A DNA stretch of 29,994 bases, taken from NCBI GenBank assembly GCA_043819795.1, contig JBDREN010000134.1, positions 1 to 29,994 of the forward strand, given 5' to 3'. The stretch is from Elusimicrobiota bacterium (GTDB lineage: Bacteria; Elusimicrobiota; Elusimicrobia; UBA1565). Below are positions 27,655 through 29,994 of this stretch, in pieces. Each line of letters opens with the position of its first letter. Positions within the stretch are counted from its first letter, which is position 1. Under the pieces are notes generated by a model that had not been told where the DNA came from, ran no database searches, and saw nothing but the letters and a program-made list of their open reading frames with translations. The position numbers were made by a program, and so were the translations under genes.

Positions 27655-27876
27655 ATGGCGAAGAAAGTGTTCAAGGCTGGCGTGAAGCGTGAGAAGGGCT
27701 TCTTGTACTACATCGACAAGCAGGGCGACATCGCCCGCGCGAAGATGGCCCGCGGCGGAAAGAAGGGCGGGAAGCCCGCGAAGGTGCAGAAGGTCGGTCT
27801 GAAGAAGGAAACCGGCTACCTGTATTTCCTCGACAAGCAGGGCGACATCTCCAAGGCGAAGATGGTGAACGCCTAA
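27655..27876 (+). CDS. Small basic hypothetical protein with an internal tandem duplication (73 aa)
   Basis: GGAGGA Shine-Dalgarno at 27640-45; two copies of KV.K.G.K+E.G.LY..DKQGDI.+AKM joined by ARGGKKGGKPA; has its own promoter and terminator. Confidence 0.85.
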   Translation: MAKKVFKAGVKREKGFLYYIDKQGDIARAKMARGGKKGGKPAKVQKVGLKKETGYLYFLDKQGDISKAKMVNA

Positions 27877-27896
27877 GGGTAACCCCTCACGGCACT

Positions 27897-27934
27897 AAAG
27901 AAAAACCCGGCGAACCCCGCCGGGTTTTTCTTTT
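27897..27934 (+). terminator. Intrinsic terminator (symmetrical)
   Basis: AAAGAAAAACCCGGCG-aaccc-CGCCGGGTTTTTCTTTT. Confidence 0.85.
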
Positions 27935-27958
27935 CCCCCATAAATAGTAGATTAGCGC

Positions 27959-28909
27959 ATGCCCGAAGACCCGCGGTGGGTGGCCGTCGTCGGCCCGGGC
28001 GCGATCGGCGGCACGCTCGCCGCCAGCCTGCGTCGCGCCGGGCGTGACGTCGTCATCGTCGGCCGGAGCGCGAAGAACCTCGCCCGCATCCGCCGGGAGG
28101 GGCTGCTCGTGATCGCGCCGCCGGCGCGCGCGCGCAGATTCCGCGGCTGGCTCGACGCCACGCCGCGGCTGACGCGCCGCGGGGGATGCGCGGCCATATT
28201 CCTTTGCGTGAAGTCCCCGGGCGCGCGCGCGGCGATCCGAGCGGTCCGCGCGGCGGTCGGAGAAAAGGCCGCGGTCGTCAGCCTCATGGACGGATTGGCG
28301 CACGTGCGCCCGGCGCGCGCGGCCTTCGGCCCGGCGCGCGCCGTTTTCGGCAGCTGCTACATGGCCGCGACGCGCACCGGGACCGCGTCAGTGCTCCACT
28401 GGAGGAGCGAGCGCATCGTCCTCGCCGCGACGCCCCGCAACCGGGCCGCCGCCTCGGTCGCCGCCGGCCTCTTGAGGTCCGCGGGGTGGCGGGTCGTCGC
28501 CGTTCCATCGGAAGAGCGGATGCTCTGGACGAAGATCGTCTACGACGCCGCGGTCCAGCCGCTCGCCGCGCTGCTCGGGAAGGCCAACGGCGAGCTCGCG
28601 TCCCATCCGGCGGTCCGGGAGCTGGTCGGGGCGGTCCTGCGGGAGGCCTCGGCCGCGGCCCGCTCGGCCGGATGGAGGCCGCTCGACGCCGAAACCTGCA
28701 TGGCGCGAAGGATACTGCGCGACTGCCTCGCCGCCCCCCGCCAGCTCGGCCCGATGGCCCAGGACATCGCGGCCGGGCGGCCGACGGAGGCCGACGCCAT
28801 CCTCAGGCCCCTGATCATGGCGGCGCGCCGGAAGCGGACGGATTCGCGGCTCATGGAGCCGCTCTACCACATGATCAAACGTCTCGAACGGGAGGTGCGG
28901 CGAGCGTGA
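27959..28909 (+). CDS. panE: Ketopantoate reductase family protein (PanE/ApbA) with a divergent active site
   Basis: VVGPGAIGG Rossmann motif, FLCVKS, LWTK (catalytic Lys), NGEL, M.QD..AGRPTE (catalytic Glu). Confidence 0.8.
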   Translation: MPEDPRWVAVVGPGAIGGTLAASLRRAGRDVVIVGRSAKNLARIRREGLLVIAPPARARRFRGWLDATPRLTRRGGCAAIFLCVKSPGARAAIRAVRAAVGEKAAVVSLMDGLAHVRPARAAFGPARAVFGSCYMAATRTGTASVLHWRSERIVLAATPRNRAAASVAAGLLRSAGWRVVAVPSEERMLWTKIVYDAAVQPLAALLGKANGELASHPAVRELVGAVLREASAAARSAGWRPLDAETCMARRILRDCLAAPRQLGPMAQDIAAGRPTEADAILRPLIMAARRKRTDSRLMEPLYHMIKRLEREVRRA

Positions 28910-29787
28910 ATCTTCTGAAAGGCAAACCCCTGTCCGACAGGATCCGCAAGGACCTGCGCGCGCGGGCCGCGGCCGTGGCCGAGCGGCGCGGCAGCCCGCC
29001 GCACCTGGCCATCCTCGCGATCGGCGGGGACCCATCCTCGCAGATATACCTCAAAAAGAAGCTGCAAGCCTGCAAGGAAGTCGGGATCGAGTGCACGGTC
29101 GAGTCCCTGCACGACGCCATCTCCCAGGCCGAGGTCCTTCGCATCCTCCACGGGCTCGGCCAGGACGCCACGCTCGACGGGATCATCATCGACCTGCCGA
29201 TCCCGGAGAGCCTCGACGCCGGGCGCCTCACGGACGCGATCGCCGCCGACAAAGACGTCGAGGGAGTATCGACCTGGAACCTCGGCAAGCTGTACTCCGA
29301 GAAGAGCTACGAGAGCCTCAAGGCCTCGGACGCGCTGGTGCCGTGCACGCCCAACGCCATCATCCATCTTCTGCTCGAGACCGCCCTGGATCCGCGCGGC
29401 AAGCAGGCCGTCGTGATCGGCCGCTCGAACATCGTGGGCAGGCCCACGGCCCATCTGCTCTCATGCCTCGACGCCACCCTCACCCTGTGCCACTCGAGGA
29501 CGCGCGACCTGGAGGAGCACGTCCGGCGCGCGGACATACTGGTCTGCGCCGCGGGAAAGCCGCGCTTCGTCCGCGGGGAATGGATCAAATCCGGCGCCGT
29601 GGTGCTCGACGCCGGGATACATAGGGAAGGCGACACGCTCTGCGGCGACGTTGACTTCGACGCGGCCGCGGAAAGAGCCGCCTTCATCACGCCCGTACCG
29701 GGCGGCATCGGGCCCCTGACCGTGACCTTCCTGCTCTTCAATACGGTCGTCTCGGCCGAGCGCCGGACCAAACGGCAGTTTGGCTAG
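28906..29787 (+). CDS. folD: Methylenetetrahydrofolate dehydrogenase/cyclohydrolase family protein
   Basis: GTG start overlapping the panE stop (GTGA) with GGAGGT Shine-Dalgarno; YLKKK, PCTP, VVIGRSNIVGRP, CHSRT, GDVDF, TPVPGGIGP. Confidence 0.9.
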   Translation: MNLLKGKPLSDRIRKDLRARAAAVAERRGSPPHLAILAIGGDPSSQIYLKKKLQACKEVGIECTVESLHDAISQAEVLRILHGLGQDATLDGIIIDLPIPESLDAGRLTDAIAADKDVEGVSTWNLGKLYSEKSYESLKASDALVPCTPNAIIHLLLETALDPRGKQAVVIGRSNIVGRPTAHLLSCLDATLTLCHSRTRDLEEHVRRADILVCAAGKPRFVRGEWIKSGAVVLDAGIHREGDTLCGDVDFDAAAERAAFITPVPGGIGPLTVTFLLFNTVVSAERRTKRQFG

Positions 29788-29789
29788 TA

Positions 29790-29855
29790 CGCACCCCTCC
29801 CCCGCGGGGAGGGGTGCGATCCGTGGTGGGGGGCGGCATCCTCCCTCTCCCCACG
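29790..29855. repeat. GC-rich REP-like hairpin unit similar to 142-195
   Basis: CGCACCCCTCCCC-cgc-GGGGAGGGGTGCG (29790-29818, 13-bp stem) followed by GGGGGGCGGCATCCTCCCTCTCCCC. Confidence 0.6.
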
Positions 29856-29994
29856 CTGAGGATGTCCCATAGATTTCACTGGACACAAGCGCTTCATTTT
29901 CTTAAACTGCCCGCATGTTCACGATTGGCGGCCGGACATTTTCGGACGAGATTCTCGCTCGGATTGAGCAGACAGTCGAGGTGGAGCCGCAGAT
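29856..29994 (+). mobile_element. Probable left end of an IS4-family (IS50-group-like) insertion sequence (partial)
   Basis: Candidate left inverted repeat CTGAGGATGTCCCATAGAT, starting CTGA like IS50 ends; drop in GC content; promoter TGGACA-N17-TAAACT; ORF start follows. Confidence 0.5.
29915..29994 (+). CDS. N-terminus of a probable DUF4338-fused IS4-family transposase (runs off the window)
   Basis: MFTIGGRTFSDEILARIEQTVEVEPQ resembles the recalled N-terminus of DUF4338/IS4 transposases (GR.FS.e.l.rI...v..eP). ATG lies 6 nt after the -10, so probably leaderless. Only 26 codons are visible. Confidence 0.5.
   Translation, partial: MFTIGGRTFSDEILARIEQTVEVEPQ

Noticed and set aside
28186..28905. 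Apparent 533-aa FolD or a panE-folD frameshift fusion
   Set aside because: The extension is low-complexity off-frame sequence; folD has its own Shine-Dalgarno and GTG at 28906.

Overview
This is a GC-rich bacterial chromosomal window from a diderm; Elusimicrobiota-like is my inference from gene content only. Left to right it holds: the end of a GT4 glycosyltransferase; a GT-C (ArnT/PMT-like) membrane glycosyltransferase with an LmeA/DUF2993-like C-terminus, divergent from a long operon (NDP-sugar pyrophosphorylase, phosphomannomutase, second pyrophosphorylase, metK, small membrane protein, scoA, scoB, TraF_2/PorV-like outer-membrane barrel); lptG and lptF, divergent from a 1857-aa SprA/Sov-like giant barrel; the minus-strand run rpsF-ssb-rpsR-rplI-dnaB-alr-radA-PIN/TRAM-ispDF; an excisionase-type HTH; a tiny tandem-repeat basic protein; active-site-divergent panE and folD; and the probable left end of an IS4-family (IS50-like) element. 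The top lead is a type IX secretion-like translocon gene (SprA-like) close to a PorV-like barrel in a genome that does not look like Bacteroidota. Other leads are the GT-C/LmeA-like fusion, several families of intergenic palindromes, a candidate structured RNA, and the altered PanE/FolD active sites. All homology calls are from recalled motifs; no searches were run.
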